In this document: one piece after another, positions 41,220 through 51,360 of the stretch | Position numbering within the stretch: the stretch's first letter is position 1 | How the letters are laid out: every line of letters begins with the position of its first letter | NCBI GenBank assembly: GCA_048937405.1 | Contig: JBHLNF010000009.1 | Location: 1 to 64,000 of the forward strand | Source: Promethearchaeota archaeon | Lineage (GTDB): Archaea; Asgardarchaeota; Lokiarchaeia; Sigyniarchaeales; SOKP01 | Reading direction: 5' to 3' | DNA: 64,000 nucleotides | Position numbers and translations under genes: made by a program | Notes under the pieces: model-generated | Databases searched by the model: none | What the model saw: the letters and a program-made list of their open reading frames with translations, nothing else | Told to the model about the DNA's origin: nothing

Positions 41220-43316
41220 ATGACTGTAGACTTTAATGTAAATAATGTGAGTTTCCATTTTCTTTCATTATACTGGATATTTTTTGTTTTAGTAATTATA
41301 TTGTCCATTTTAGGATTATTTTATATAATGTGGCTTATGAAAAAGTTGTCAAATTTAGAAAATGGAACAGAAGAAATGGTAAAAATACACGATTTAATCA
41401 AATTAGGATCTAATGCTTATCTAAAAAGGCAATTTAAAACGATTAGTATAGTCTTAATAATTCTTTCTGGTTTACTTTTTATTTTTAATATACCATTAGC
41501 GATATCATTTATAATTGGGGCAATAACTTCTTTAATAGCAAGTTATATCAGTATGATCGTATCAACTTTATCAAATGTAAAAGTAACACAAGCTTGTAAA
41601 AAGGACTTGAATAGCGCTTTAAAAATAGGTTTTAATGCGGGGATGGTAATTGGAGTTTCAGTAATTTCTATTTCTTTATTAGGAATTAGTATTTTATACC
41701 TATTGTCTAATTTCAATATTCAAAATATTGTTGGTTTTGCTTTTGGAGCCTCTTTTTCGGCTCTCTTTGCTCAATTAGGGGGTGGGATATATACAAAAGG
41801 AGCAGATATTGGAGCTGATTTAGTAGGAAAATTAGAATATGGATTACCCGAGGATGATATACGGAATCCAGCAGCTATAGCCGACAATGTTGGCGATAAT
41901 GTTGGAGATTGTGCAGGTAGAGGGGCAGATCTCTATGAATCTTCTTCAGCAAATAACATTGCAGCAATGATGATTGGGGCAGCTTTAAGTGCAGTTACAA
42001 ACAATCCGTTATTCATTATTTTTTCCTTAATCTCAAGAGCTTTAGGTAATGTTACTGGTATGATAAGTGGATATTTTGTAAAGATTAAAGAAAAAGATAA
42101 ATCTCCGATCGCGGCATTTGCAAGAAGTCTAATTTCTTCAGCCGTATTAAATATATTTATTTTTTTAATATTAACACTGATTTGCTTTCAAACAGGTTGG
42201 CAATATTTATTCATTAGTTCAGTTTTAGGAATAGCATTAGGATTATCAACTTATTTTCTGGTTGATTATTATACATCCTCAAGATATAAACCAGTAAAAC
42301 ATGTTATAAAAAGTTCTGAAACTGGTGCGGCCACAAATGTAATAAGTGGTTTTTCTTTAGGTTTAGAATCTCCGACAATTCCAGTAATCTCATTTGTTAT
42401 AGCAATTATTATAACATTTCTTCTTGGTGAGCAATATGGGATAGTGAACAATTTTAATCAATATTTAGGAGGAGTATTTGGGATAACTGTTGCAACAATG
42501 GGATTATTATCAATTACAACTATAATATTGGCGTTTGATGGTTTTGGACCCGTATCTGATAATGCTGCTGGAATAGCAGAAATGTCACATCAAGGAGAAA
42601 AAGTACGATATAACTTAGATAGATTAGATGCTGTAGGTAATACAACCAAAGCATTAGCAAAAGGATTTGGTATTACATGCGCTGCATTATCTGCTATAAT
42701 ATTATTTGAAGCTTATTTAGAAGAAATTAAAACTATTGATGTTAATATTTATCATCCTGTAATATTATGTGCATTACTAATCGGAGCAGTGATTCCTTTT
42801 ATTTTTTCTGCATTAGCAATTAGGTCAGCAGGGGTGGCAGCATATGGAATGATTAAAGAGATTCAACGACAATTTGAAGAAGAACCAGGAATACTTGAAA
42901 ATAAATCATTACCAGATTATGAGAAATGTATTGATACTGGTACTAAAGTAGCTTTAAAGCAAATGATAGTTCCTGCATTATTACCTACTTTAACTCCTAT
43001 TATTCTTGGTTTTTTATTTGGTCCTGTCGCGTTAGCTGCATTTATAATATCTGGCACTATATCAGGTATAATCTTAGGATTTGTTTTAAATACTGGTGGA
43101 GGAGCTCTTGACAATACTAAAAAAGCAATCGAAGGGGGACTTTTAGGGGGTAAAGGTTCCGTAGCGCATAAAGCTTCAATTGTCGGAGACACATTCGGTG
43201 ATCCTTTAAAAGATACGGCAGGTCCATCCCTACATATTCTTGTCAAAGTAATAAATACGGTTTCAATAGCTTTTGCTCCTATCTTCATTACTTTTGGAGC
43301 ATTAATAATTTTATAA
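41220..43316 (+). CDS. hppA: Membrane H+-translocating pyrophosphatase, K+-independent type
   Basis: GGGIYTKGADIGADLVGKLE, EDD, DNVGDNVGD, GNTTKA (Lys form), GDPLKDTAGPS. Confidence 0.93.
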   Translation: MTVDFNVNNVSFHFLSLYWIFFVLVIILSILGLFYIMWLMKKLSNLENGTEEMVKIHDLIKLGSNAYLKRQFKTISIVLIILSGLLFIFNIPLAISFIIGAITSLIASYISMIVSTLSNVKVTQACKKDLNSALKIGFNAGMVIGVSVISISLLGISILYLLSNFNIQNIVGFAFGASFSALFAQLGGGIYTKGADIGADLVGKLEYGLPEDDIRNPAAIADNVGDNVGDCAGRGADLYESSSANNIAAMMIGAALSAVTNNPLFIIFSLISRALGNVTGMISGYFVKIKEKDKSPIAAFARSLISSAVLNIFIFLILTLICFQTGWQYLFISSVLGIALGLSTYFLVDYYTSSRYKPVKHVIKSSETGAATNVISGFSLGLESPTIPVISFVIAIIITFLLGEQYGIVNNFNQYLGGVFGITVATMGLLSITTIILAFDGFGPVSDNAAGIAEMSHQGEKVRYNLDRLDAVGNTTKALAKGFGITCAALSAIILFEAYLEEIKTIDVNIYHPVILCALLIGAVIPFIFSALAIRSAGVAAYGMIKEIQRQFEEEPGILENKSLPDYEKCIDTGTKVALKQMIVPALLPTLTPIILGFLFGPVALAAFIISGTISGIILGFVLNTGGGALDNTKKAIEGGLLGGKGSVAHKASIVGDTFGDPLKDTAGPSLHILVKVINTVSIAFAPIFITFGALIIL

Positions 43317-43381
43317 AACAATTTTTCTACTAAAAAGATAAAATGAATTTTAACAAAATAAAAGAATAATAAAATAAAAAT

Positions 43382-44017
43382 ATGGAAAAAATTAGATATG
43401 AAATAATCGAAATGCTTGTTAATCACTCAAGAATTATTTATTCGATTATTAGTGATATGGGTGTATTTTATATTGCTTGGGCGAAAAATTTAAAAATTGA
43501 TAAAGAGATTTTAGGAAAAAAGTTAAACAAATTGAAATTTGACATTGAAGAAGCAGTTTCAATAAAAAATCAAACAATTGAGACTTTTTCTGAAGTTGCA
43601 AATCTAAATTCAAGTGAATTTATTACATTAATATTGAAAATGGATAATTTATCGCATTTAGCTTTAAAATTTGTCGATCTATTAATGTACGTAGATGTGA
43701 ATGATGTAACACCTGAAATGAAAGAAATGTATCATAAATCAATTAATACAATTTTGCAAATGGTAGAATTATTAAAAGAATCAATTAAATTGCTTTTAGT
43801 AAACCCCAATAGGGTGAATTACAATATTAATAAGATCCATGAGCTTGCTAACTCAATCGATATAATATTCCATCAATTTTTAAATTATCTTTATAAAGAT
43901 AAGGAGTTAAACATTAGAAATCTGTTTATAATTCGAGATAGTGTTGTTACTTTAGAACAATTTGTTGACAAAATTCATCATATTGCAGAGATTATTAGAG
44001 TTCTACATTATGAATAA
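43382..44017 (+). CDS. DUF47/PhoU-like phosphate transport regulator
   Basis: Helical repeat protein, clear paralog of 59411-60049. Confidence 0.7.
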   Translation: MEKIRYEIIEMLVNHSRIIYSIISDMGVFYIAWAKNLKIDKEILGKKLNKLKFDIEEAVSIKNQTIETFSEVANLNSSEFITLILKMDNLSHLALKFVDLLMYVDVNDVTPEMKEMYHKSINTILQMVELLKESIKLLLVNPNRVNYNINKIHELANSIDIIFHQFLNYLYKDKELNIRNLFIIRDSVVTLEQFVDKIHHIAEIIRVLHYE

Positions 44018-44138
44018 AAAATATATAAAATAAACCTAAATATTTAATAAAAAAAAATATTTCTTAATAAATATTCATACGATATTAGGTTAAAAGATTA
44101 AAATTTTAAAGGTTTCAATCTAAAAATTTACCACTTTT

Positions 44139-44681
44139 TTAATATAAATGAATTTTATCCAAAATTGTATAAATCGTTGTCTTATAAATTTCATGAAAAG
44201 CCTCTGAAGGGAATAATTGTTTTATTCTTTCAATAAGACTATCTATTTTTTCTAAATTTATTTCTGGAACTCTATCAAAAAGATCATGGTCATATTTATG
44301 AAGAAAAATTGTAAATTCTATCTTAATATTAAGCTTTTCTACTTTTTTTATAATTTGCTCTAAAAACTTGCATGTTAATTCATAGCCTTTTAAATCTTGG
44401 ATATCAATAACGTAAAATATTTCTTTTGTATCAATAATATATTCATTAAAATGTTGTAAGAATTCATTTCGATAAATTTCCTTGCCATTAAAATCCCAAA
44501 TACTAAATATTATATTATCCTTTTCAAGTTTGATGCTGCTAGGATTTTGAGTATTTTTTATTGAGTTATAATCAGATAAATTAAATTTACCAATAAAATT
44601 AAAGATAATAGATGTTTTACCACTTTTTTCTAATCCTAATACTAAGATCTTTCTTTTTTCTAATTTATCATTTATAGACAT
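44139..44681 (-). CDS. Small GTPase, Rag/Gtr-like
   Basis: GLEKSGKTS, WDFNG, YVIDIQD, FLHKYD, TTIY. Confidence 0.8.
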   Translation of the reverse strand: MSINDKLEKRKILVLGLEKSGKTSIIFNFIGKFNLSDYNSIKNTQNPSSIKLEKDNIIFSIWDFNGKEIYRNEFLQHFNEYIIDTKEIFYVIDIQDLKGYELTCKFLEQIIKKVEKLNIKIEFTIFLHKYDHDLFDRVPEINLEKIDSLIERIKQLFPSEAFHEIYKTTIYTILDKIHLY

Positions 44682-44721
44682 AATCGAATAATAGAAATTG
44701 GAGATGTTAAAGTTCCTTTGG

Positions 44722-45063
44722 TTATTTTAATTTTTCAATATTATCTGAATCAATTAATCTTTGAATCTTATTTTTATGTAACTCAATAACAATTGAGTTA
44801 ATAGCAGAAATTACTCTGAAAATATTAAATGTCTTTATAAAATAATATTTTATACTTCCATCACGTTTATGGGATATAATATTTGCTTTTCCTAATTGAT
44901 TTAATAGTTGAGATACATAAGATTGACTTATGTTTAAAGCATCTTCGATTTCTTTTGAGGTTTTCTCCCCATTTTTTAGAAATTTTATAATTTCTAATTT
45001 ATAAGGATCGCTTAATAGTTTTAAAAATTCTGATGTAGCTTGAGTTAATTCATTCATTCCCAA
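44722..45063 (-). CDS. ArsR/SmtB-family transcriptional regulator
   Basis: LKLLSDPYKLEII...ISQSYVSQLL...KRDG..KYY. Confidence 0.85.
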   Translation of the reverse strand: MGMNELTQATSEFLKLLSDPYKLEIIKFLKNGEKTSKEIEDALNISQSYVSQLLNQLGKANIISHKRDGSIKYYFIKTFNIFRVISAINSIVIELHKNKIQRLIDSDNIEKLK

Positions 45064-45293
45064 TATTCCTCATGTAAAAATTTTTCTCTGTTTTAATGAT
45101 TTAAATGAGGCTCAAATATAGACAGAGTATTATCAATATAAATAAGATGCTTAAGAAATTTAAATATGATGAATTCATAATATTATAATATTTTGAAATA
45201 ACAATATTTAAATATCATAATATCATTACTTTATAATAAATTTGAAGTTAGAATTTACAAAAAAGAATGTAATCTTAACAAAAAGAAGAATAG

Positions 45294-45815
45294 TTGAGCA
45301 TTATGGTTAACGAAGCATATATTTTAGATGATATTGACAAAAGAATTGTTGATTATATCCAAAGAGATCCTACATCTACTCATACACAAATTGCGCAAAA
45401 AATAAAGAGAAGTCAACCAACTGTAGGAATGAGAATAAAAAAGCTTGAAAAATTGGGAATATTGCAGTTTCAAGCAGGTTTAAATTTAAAAAACTCAGGA
45501 TATTCTTTAGCAAAAGTAAGTCTTCAATCGTCAGATTCTATTAGCATCATAAAAATGATTAAATCCTGTCCATATATGATTCAAGGATTTAGATTAAGTG
45601 GAATTTCAGATTTTATTATAATTATTGCGTATCCTACATTGAAAGGTATAGATAAAATTGTAAACTTTCATTTTAGAAAAAACCCTAATGTGAATATAAT
45701 CGAAACAGAGATTATAACAGATGTAATCAATGAAATTGTCATTCCGGTTGATTTCAATTTTAGATCATGTAAATGTATCAAAAGAGGGATTGAGAATGAG
45801 AATATTGACCATTAA
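45294..45815 (+). CDS. Lrp/AsnC-family transcriptional regulator
   Basis: LDDIDKRI...IAQKIKRSQPTVGMRIKKLEKLG...LSGISDF. Confidence 0.88.
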   Translation: MSIMVNEAYILDDIDKRIVDYIQRDPTSTHTQIAQKIKRSQPTVGMRIKKLEKLGILQFQAGLNLKNSGYSLAKVSLQSSDSISIIKMIKSCPYMIQGFRLSGISDFIIIIAYPTLKGIDKIVNFHFRKNPNVNIIETEIITDVINEIVIPVDFNFRSCKCIKRGIENENIDH

Positions 45816-46011
45816 AGGAGACGCTTTTACATTGAAGACTTTTATAGATTTTGATAAATCAAAATCAAAGATCTATATAAATTACTATATTGAGGATTTT
45901 AAGATTGATATAAAAATTCCAATAAAATTTAAGGAATTTGATGGAGAATCTAATATCATCCTGGAAACATTCGATATTTCGAATAAAACATTTTTAACTA
46001 ATGTAAATTAA
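45796..46011 (+). CDS. Small hypothetical protein between lrp and tfb
   Basis: ATG 45796 after GAGGGA, overlaps the lrp end; 71 aa; same frame as the track ORF 45730-46011. Confidence 0.45.
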   Translation: MRILTIKGDAFTLKTFIDFDKSKSKIYINYYIEDFKIDIKIPIKFKEFDGESNIILETFDISNKTFLTNVN

Positions 46012-46042
46012 TTTGAATTTAAAAAGGGGTGTATTAAAAATA

Positions 46043-46954
46043 ATGTATTTAAAGACTAAAAATAATTATAACGGAACATATTTAAAAGGTAAAGAGCCAA
46101 AATGTTGTGCAATTCCAAATATAATTTCATCTAATGGATATGAAGTTTGTACTAATTGTGGAACAACCCAATCGAGAATAATTTCTTATTCCCCACCGAC
46201 CAAAATGTTTTTTGAGAGAGAAAAAAATTATATTAATTTTGAACCTGTACGTTCCCCATTTGGGCCTCGTACTTTAATTAAGGGTAATTTAGATGGAAAA
46301 GGAAATTTTTTATCTCCAATTACTTTAAGAAATTATAAAAGATTATCTAAAATAAATAGAGGCTTAGTAAATGGACTTGAAAGGAATTTATGGATTGCAA
46401 TATCGAAATTGGATCAGATCAGGACTAATTTAAATCTACCAAATTATATAATAGAAAATACTTTTAGGATCTATCTTATTGCAGCAAAAGCAAAACTAAC
46501 AAGAGGAAGAACAATTTATGGAATACTTAGTGTATCTCTTTATTTTGCGCTAAAAAGAAACAAAATTCCAATAATTATTGAAGACCTTCTTTCTGCTTTT
46601 CAAATTTCTAAAAAAAAATTTGTATCTTGTTATAGAGCACTTTTTACTGAGATTGCTCCTATCTTAAATTTAAGCCTTTACAACTTTACACCTCAAGACT
46701 ATATAGATAAATTTTATGACGAACTAGCTTTATCTTTAAATAGTCGGAATAATGCAATAAAAATTATTGAAGCGAGTAAAATGAAAGGATTAATAACATC
46801 GGGAAAAGATCCTAAAGGAATTGCTGCTGCATCTTTGTATTATGTTTCAAAAAAAAATGGTGAATTTCGAACCCAGAAACAAATATGTAAAATAGCGAAT
46901 ATTTCTGAAATTACTCTAAGGACAAGATTAAAAGAAATAAATAGTTTAATTTGA
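46043..46954 (+). CDS. tfb: Transcription initiation factor IIB, divergent paralog
   Basis: CC...VCTNCG Zn ribbon, ERNL, LTRGR, GKDPKGIAAASLY, TQKQI, SEITLRTRLKE; ATG 46043 follows AGGGGTG. Confidence 0.9.
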   Translation: MYLKTKNNYNGTYLKGKEPKCCAIPNIISSNGYEVCTNCGTTQSRIISYSPPTKMFFEREKNYINFEPVRSPFGPRTLIKGNLDGKGNFLSPITLRNYKRLSKINRGLVNGLERNLWIAISKLDQIRTNLNLPNYIIENTFRIYLIAAKAKLTRGRTIYGILSVSLYFALKRNKIPIIIEDLLSAFQISKKKFVSCYRALFTEIAPILNLSLYNFTPQDYIDKFYDELALSLNSRNNAIKIIEASKMKGLITSGKDPKGIAAASLYYVSKKNGEFRTQKQICKIANISEITLRTRLKEINSLI

Positions 46955-47182
46955 AATATTAATAATGAAGGTTATAGATCTTTAAAACTTAGATGAAATT
47001 GTTCAAATCAATTTTATAAATAAAATACTAAAAAATTACTTTTTTCTAATATTAATAATCTCTATATCTTAAGCTTTATACATATTATGTATATAAGAAT
47101 ATAATTCATTTGAGATGTAAATAAAGCAGGAAAATTATCCTTTCATTACTAAAGTTAAATTTGAAGGGTATTTTTTATTAAT

Positions 47183-47458
47183 TCAATTAATAAATTTATT
47201 ATAGACTAATTTTCTTATTTCATCCAATAATTTATCAATTTGTTCTGGTGCTATCTTTAAATCCTTATTGTCATTATTATCTTTTTTTACCATTTCAATT
47301 TCATATTTTATTATAATCTCCTCATCAAGTTTATATTCTTTAAAAGCTTCATCAATAGCATCAAAAACTGAAAATCCTTTTTTAATAAGCTTATTAATTT
47401 TATTTGAAAGTTCAATTTCGCATTTTTTTATAATTGTATCTTTTATTTCCGTTTCCAT
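47183..47458 (-). CDS. Hypothetical protein downstream of stomatin
   Basis: 91-aa ORF with AAGGGA SD, 18 bp after the stomatin stop. Confidence 0.55.
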   Translation of the reverse strand: METEIKDTIIKKCEIELSNKINKLIKKGFSVFDAIDEAFKEYKLDEEIIIKYEIEMVKKDNNDNKDLKIAPEQIDKLLDEIRKLVYNKFIN

Positions 47459-47476
47459 ATTCCCTTTTTAAAATTA

Positions 47477-48403
47477 TTAATCTGTTTTAAAATCTTTGAG
47501 ATGTTTGAATCTTCCCCCTAATATGTTAACCATATCTGAGGGAACAACAATCCATCCTCCTTTTTCTTTCATAGATTCATAAAGAATGTTCATTGCTCTT
47601 AAATTTAAGGCAGTTTCATCACTTTCATAAACATGAGCGGCATTAAGAAATTTATTCGCAATTTGTTCCTCAGAACCAGCTAATATAACCCTTGCTTGAC
47701 GTTCTCTTTCTGCTTGTGCTTGCCTACTCATTGCATCTTGTAATGCCGTTGGAATAATAACATCTCGTATTTCTACTGAGATAGATTTAACACCCCATTC
47801 TTCAGTTCGCTCATCAATTACACTTTCAAGATCATGCGATATTTCTTCCCTTCCCGCAAGCATCTGACTCAGTTCCGTTTTTCCAATCACATCTCTTAAT
47901 GAAGTTTGAGCAGCCCACGCAATTGCAGTTCTATAATCTTGAACACGTAGAGAAGCCTTATACGCATCTACAACTTTCCAAAACAACACAGCATCAACAT
48001 TAACAGGTACATTATCCTTTGTTAATGTTTGCTCAGCAGAGAATGTAGTTGTAATTATTCTCATATCGAGAGAAAATGGAATTCGATAAACAAATGGAAA
48101 TAACCACATAACCCCTGGACCTCGCATTTTTTTAAATTTACCTAATAATAATGTAGGTATTCTAATCCACTCTGGGATAATATATAAACCCATAAAAATG
48201 AATCCTATAATAGCCATAATGCTCATTCCAATAAACACCAGTAGATTAAACGGAATTCCATAAAAATTCCAGGCAATTACAAAGCCTATCAATATTATAA
48301 TACCTAGAATTAAGAGAAAATAACCTATTCCTCGTATTACATTTCCACCAACTAAACTTGCTCTATTATCTGAAATCATTTTTATCAACTCAAATGAAAG
48401 CAA
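47477..48403 (-). CDS. SPFH/Band 7 stomatin-like protein
   Basis: GPG, LTKDNVPVNVDAV, AQTSLRDVIG, WGV, AMSRQAQAERERQA. Confidence 0.92.
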   Translation of the reverse strand: MLSFELIKMISDNRASLVGGNVIRGIGYFLLILGIIILIGFVIAWNFYGIPFNLLVFIGMSIMAIIGFIFMGLYIIPEWIRIPTLLLGKFKKMRGPGVMWLFPFVYRIPFSLDMRIITTTFSAEQTLTKDNVPVNVDAVLFWKVVDAYKASLRVQDYRTAIAWAAQTSLRDVIGKTELSQMLAGREEISHDLESVIDERTEEWGVKSISVEIRDVIIPTALQDAMSRQAQAERERQARVILAGSEEQIANKFLNAAHVYESDETALNLRAMNILYESMKEKGGWIVVPSDMVNILGGRFKHLKDFKTD

Positions 48404-48573
48404 TTATATTTAAATAACTTATGGCTAAAAATTATAATTAAATAGAGAAGAGTACCTAAAAAAAATCTATGATTAAATCATTTGGAGATAATTTATTCAG
48501 TAGTGATTAATATTTTTGCTTAAAAGTCTAAATATTGAAATTTAACAGATTTTCAACATCCATGTATTATAAT

Positions 48574-49194
48574 CTATTTCACCAATATCTGGGAAAATTT
48601 TGTTGTTAAAATAGCTATAGTGTCTTGAAGTTCTTTAACTTCTTTTTCTTTCTCTTTCACATCTCTCAAATGATGATTTAAATCAACTTGTTTTCGTTTA
48701 TATAATGATTTTAATATTAGTGCTTTTTTATGTGAGTTTTTTTGAATCATTTTTATATATTTTAATTGTAACTTTCCTAATTTGATTCGCACATTTGCAA
48801 GATGTTTTTTTGAATTTGCTAATATTAATTTATGTTTAGCTAACTTTTCTTCAACCTTTGCTATTTCTTCATGATGTTCTGCTAGTTCTAATTGATTTTC
48901 AGCAACCCTCTCATGATAATTAATAAAATCCCTTTCGTTGTTTATTACTTCTTCTGGAAACTTTAATAATTCCTTAGATTTAATTCTGTTTTGTAATAAT
49001 TTTTCATTTTTTTCGATTAATTGTTTTCTTATTTGAGCTAACTTTATTTCTTTTTCAACAAACTTCTTTCTTGATTTTACTTTTTTTAAGAGATTATTGG
49101 CTAAATTTTTTAATTCTAAGGCAACTAATTTTTCTTTTTTAGCGATAATTATATTTTCATGAGCTTTTAGATTAAGATTAAAAATCTTTTCCAT
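48574..49194 (-). CDS. Lys-rich coiled-coil hypothetical protein
   Basis: Continuous heptad pattern, 206 aa. Confidence 0.6.
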   Translation of the reverse strand: MEKIFNLNLKAHENIIIAKKEKLVALELKNLANNLLKKVKSRKKFVEKEIKLAQIRKQLIEKNEKLLQNRIKSKELLKFPEEVINNERDFINYHERVAENQLELAEHHEEIAKVEEKLAKHKLILANSKKHLANVRIKLGKLQLKYIKMIQKNSHKKALILKSLYKRKQVDLNHHLRDVKEKEKEVKELQDTIAILTTKFSQILVK

Positions 49195-49638
49195 TTGGAA
49201 TTCACTTAAATTTTTTGATGTTAAATAATTGAGGTATCCAAATTAATTTAATAAGTTAAACAATCCTATACTTATATTAAAACTCAGGATACATAATTTT
49301 TTAAATTTTAATTTTAACATCCAATCAGATTATCTTATTTTTAAAGTTATAGATATTAATTTATAAGAAGAAAACTTTAGATTTTTTCAAAAATAAGAAG
49401 ATATTCTATTGTATTCTGCTGGAACATTGAAGAGAACTTTTAATTTAGAAATCTTTTAATTATTGTTTTTTGAGTATCTGTGATTATTAAAATTAAAAGC
49501 ATATTCTATTAATTATTATATAAAATGGTTTTGTTAAAAGCCATATTGTAAAATATAATTTTATTATTTAATACTATAGAAGATCATTAAATATAATAAT
49601 TGAAGATCGTATAAAATTTAAATAATGAGTAGATCAGG

Positions 49639-50136
49639 ATGAAATCCAAAAAAAAATTGCCTAATATTGAATGGAAAGAAAGTGTTATTAAAAGTATAAT
49701 ATATAGATCAATAACTTTAGTTCTTGGCTTTCTTACCGCATATATATTTACAGGGAGTATTGCCATTGCTACCGGAACTGCCATTTTAACAGAGACGGTG
49801 CAGAGTATAAATTATTTTGTATATGAAATAACATGGACTAACATTTCAAGAAGAAGATTTGAGAAAAAAATAATTGAAAAAATAAAACTAAAAGAAATCA
49901 ATTTAAAATTAGATTATTCTTCAGTTATTGAATTAGCTTATCAATTATCTCAAATAGATACATTTGTTCCAAAATTATATTTATCTGTAAAAGGAATATT
50001 TAGAAATATGTTGAAAAATGAAGAATTAGCAGATGTTCATGAAGAAATTAGAAAATATAAAGAATTCTTTGAAGCAGTTCATTCAGGTAGAAAATTATTT
50101 TTTCCCAAAAAAGAAAGTGTAAATGAAGAATTATAA
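49639..50136 (+). CDS. DUF2061-like membrane protein with C-terminal helical domain
   Basis: SVIKSIIYR...AYIFTG...YFVYExxW. Confidence 0.65.
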   Translation: MKSKKKLPNIEWKESVIKSIIYRSITLVLGFLTAYIFTGSIAIATGTAILTETVQSINYFVYEITWTNISRRRFEKKIIEKIKLKEINLKLDYSSVIELAYQLSQIDTFVPKLYLSVKGIFRNMLKNEELADVHEEIRKYKEFFEAVHSGRKLFFPKKESVNEEL

Positions 50137-50219
50137 TATTTGCATAAAGATTGATAAACTTAAATTAGAAGAATAAAAAGTGCTATTTTTGGAATTTCTG
50201 AACCTTTATTATTATGAAT

Positions 50220-50960
50220 TTAATGGTTTTTCTGGTAAGAACACATCCATATGAAGTTTTCAATAATTTTTTCTCCAGTAATTCTTGTTTTTTCTGCGAT
50301 CCTCTCATTAAATAAACCTGGATGAAAATAATAAGGATTATGAGTTTCTGGATGAAATTGAAGAGCAAAAATTGGTTTTTCATGATGTTTCATGTATTGA
50401 ATCATTCTATAACCCATTGTACGAGAAGTACTAATTATTTCGAATTTATTTTGAATTTTACAATCATTCGGAGAAACGAAATCAAGATGATGAACATTTA
50501 CAGGTATATTTTTTTGAGTTATCAATTCATCTGTTTTTTTGAGTATTATAAAAATAATTCTTCCTCCTAAACCAGGTAATCTCATTCTAGATATTTGAGC
50601 ATCATATGCATAAGCGGTTAAATGAAATCCGAAGCAAAGTGCTAAAATTGGTGTTTGATTTGAATGACAAATTAATTCTAATTGAGGTCTAAATTTTTTT
50701 TTTAATCTCTCATCATAATAAAATCTAGAGACGTTCAATTCAGATCCAGAAAGAATAATGCCTATATAATCTTCTACCAACTCTGGTTTAAATTGCGTAT
50801 AATGAATCGTTTTTAATCCTACATTTGCTATACAGTCATTGATAATTGTTTCAATTCGAGTTATTCTATCTGTTGGAAAACCTCTAGAATAATTATCTAT
50901 AAGAAGGATTTGATGTTCTTCTTGAATCTCTAAAATATTCTCTTTATCCATTAATATCAT
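50220..50960 (-). CDS. Class I glutamine amidotransferase / gamma-glutamyl hydrolase-like
   Basis: LLIDN, ILSGS, ALCFGFH nucleophile elbow, QFHPE. Confidence 0.85.
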   Translation of the reverse strand: MILMDKENILEIQEEHQILLIDNYSRGFPTDRITRIETIINDCIANVGLKTIHYTQFKPELVEDYIGIILSGSELNVSRFYYDERLKKKFRPQLELICHSNQTPILALCFGFHLTAYAYDAQISRMRLPGLGGRIIFIILKKTDELITQKNIPVNVHHLDFVSPNDCKIQNKFEIISTSRTMGYRMIQYMKHHEKPIFALQFHPETHNPYYFHPGLFNERIAEKTRITGEKIIENFIWMCSYQKNH

Positions 50961-50968
50961 CTAATAAT

Positions 50969-51334
50969 TTATGTATAATTTTTGATTAACGTTTCCGAGG
51001 GATAATATGTATAAGCTTCTAAGCTCTTTCCATCTTCTAAATTCACTTTTACTAAAATTCTATGATATAATTGCCCTTCTCCCTCAATAAGATCAATTTG
51101 ATTAATGATTGATCGACTTAAACCAAAGTATATCTCACCTTTGACATTTGAAGAATCATCACGAATAATGAATGGAAACCCTAGAGTTGGAGGTATTATC
51201 TTTTTATAGTTGAATAAAATTGCTTTTTTATATTTTAATCCACTAAGAACGTAATTACGACTTTGACCATGTTGTAAAGTTCCATAAACAAAAAGTCTAT
51301 CAATCATTATAGGCCCACACCTTTTTTTTTCCAT
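50969..51334 (-). CDS. Gamma-glutamylcyclotransferase (AIG2/BtrG-like)
   Basis: LFVYGTLQHG, VKGEIY, DLIEG...YHR, AYTY. Confidence 0.9.
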   Translation of the reverse strand: MEKKRCGPIMIDRLFVYGTLQHGQSRNYVLSGLKYKKAILFNYKKIIPPTLGFPFIIRDDSSNVKGEIYFGLSRSIINQIDLIEGEGQLYHRILVKVNLEDGKSLEAYTYYPSETLIKNYT

Positions 51335-51360
51335 TCTTTATAGGGTTTTTTGGTTTTTAA

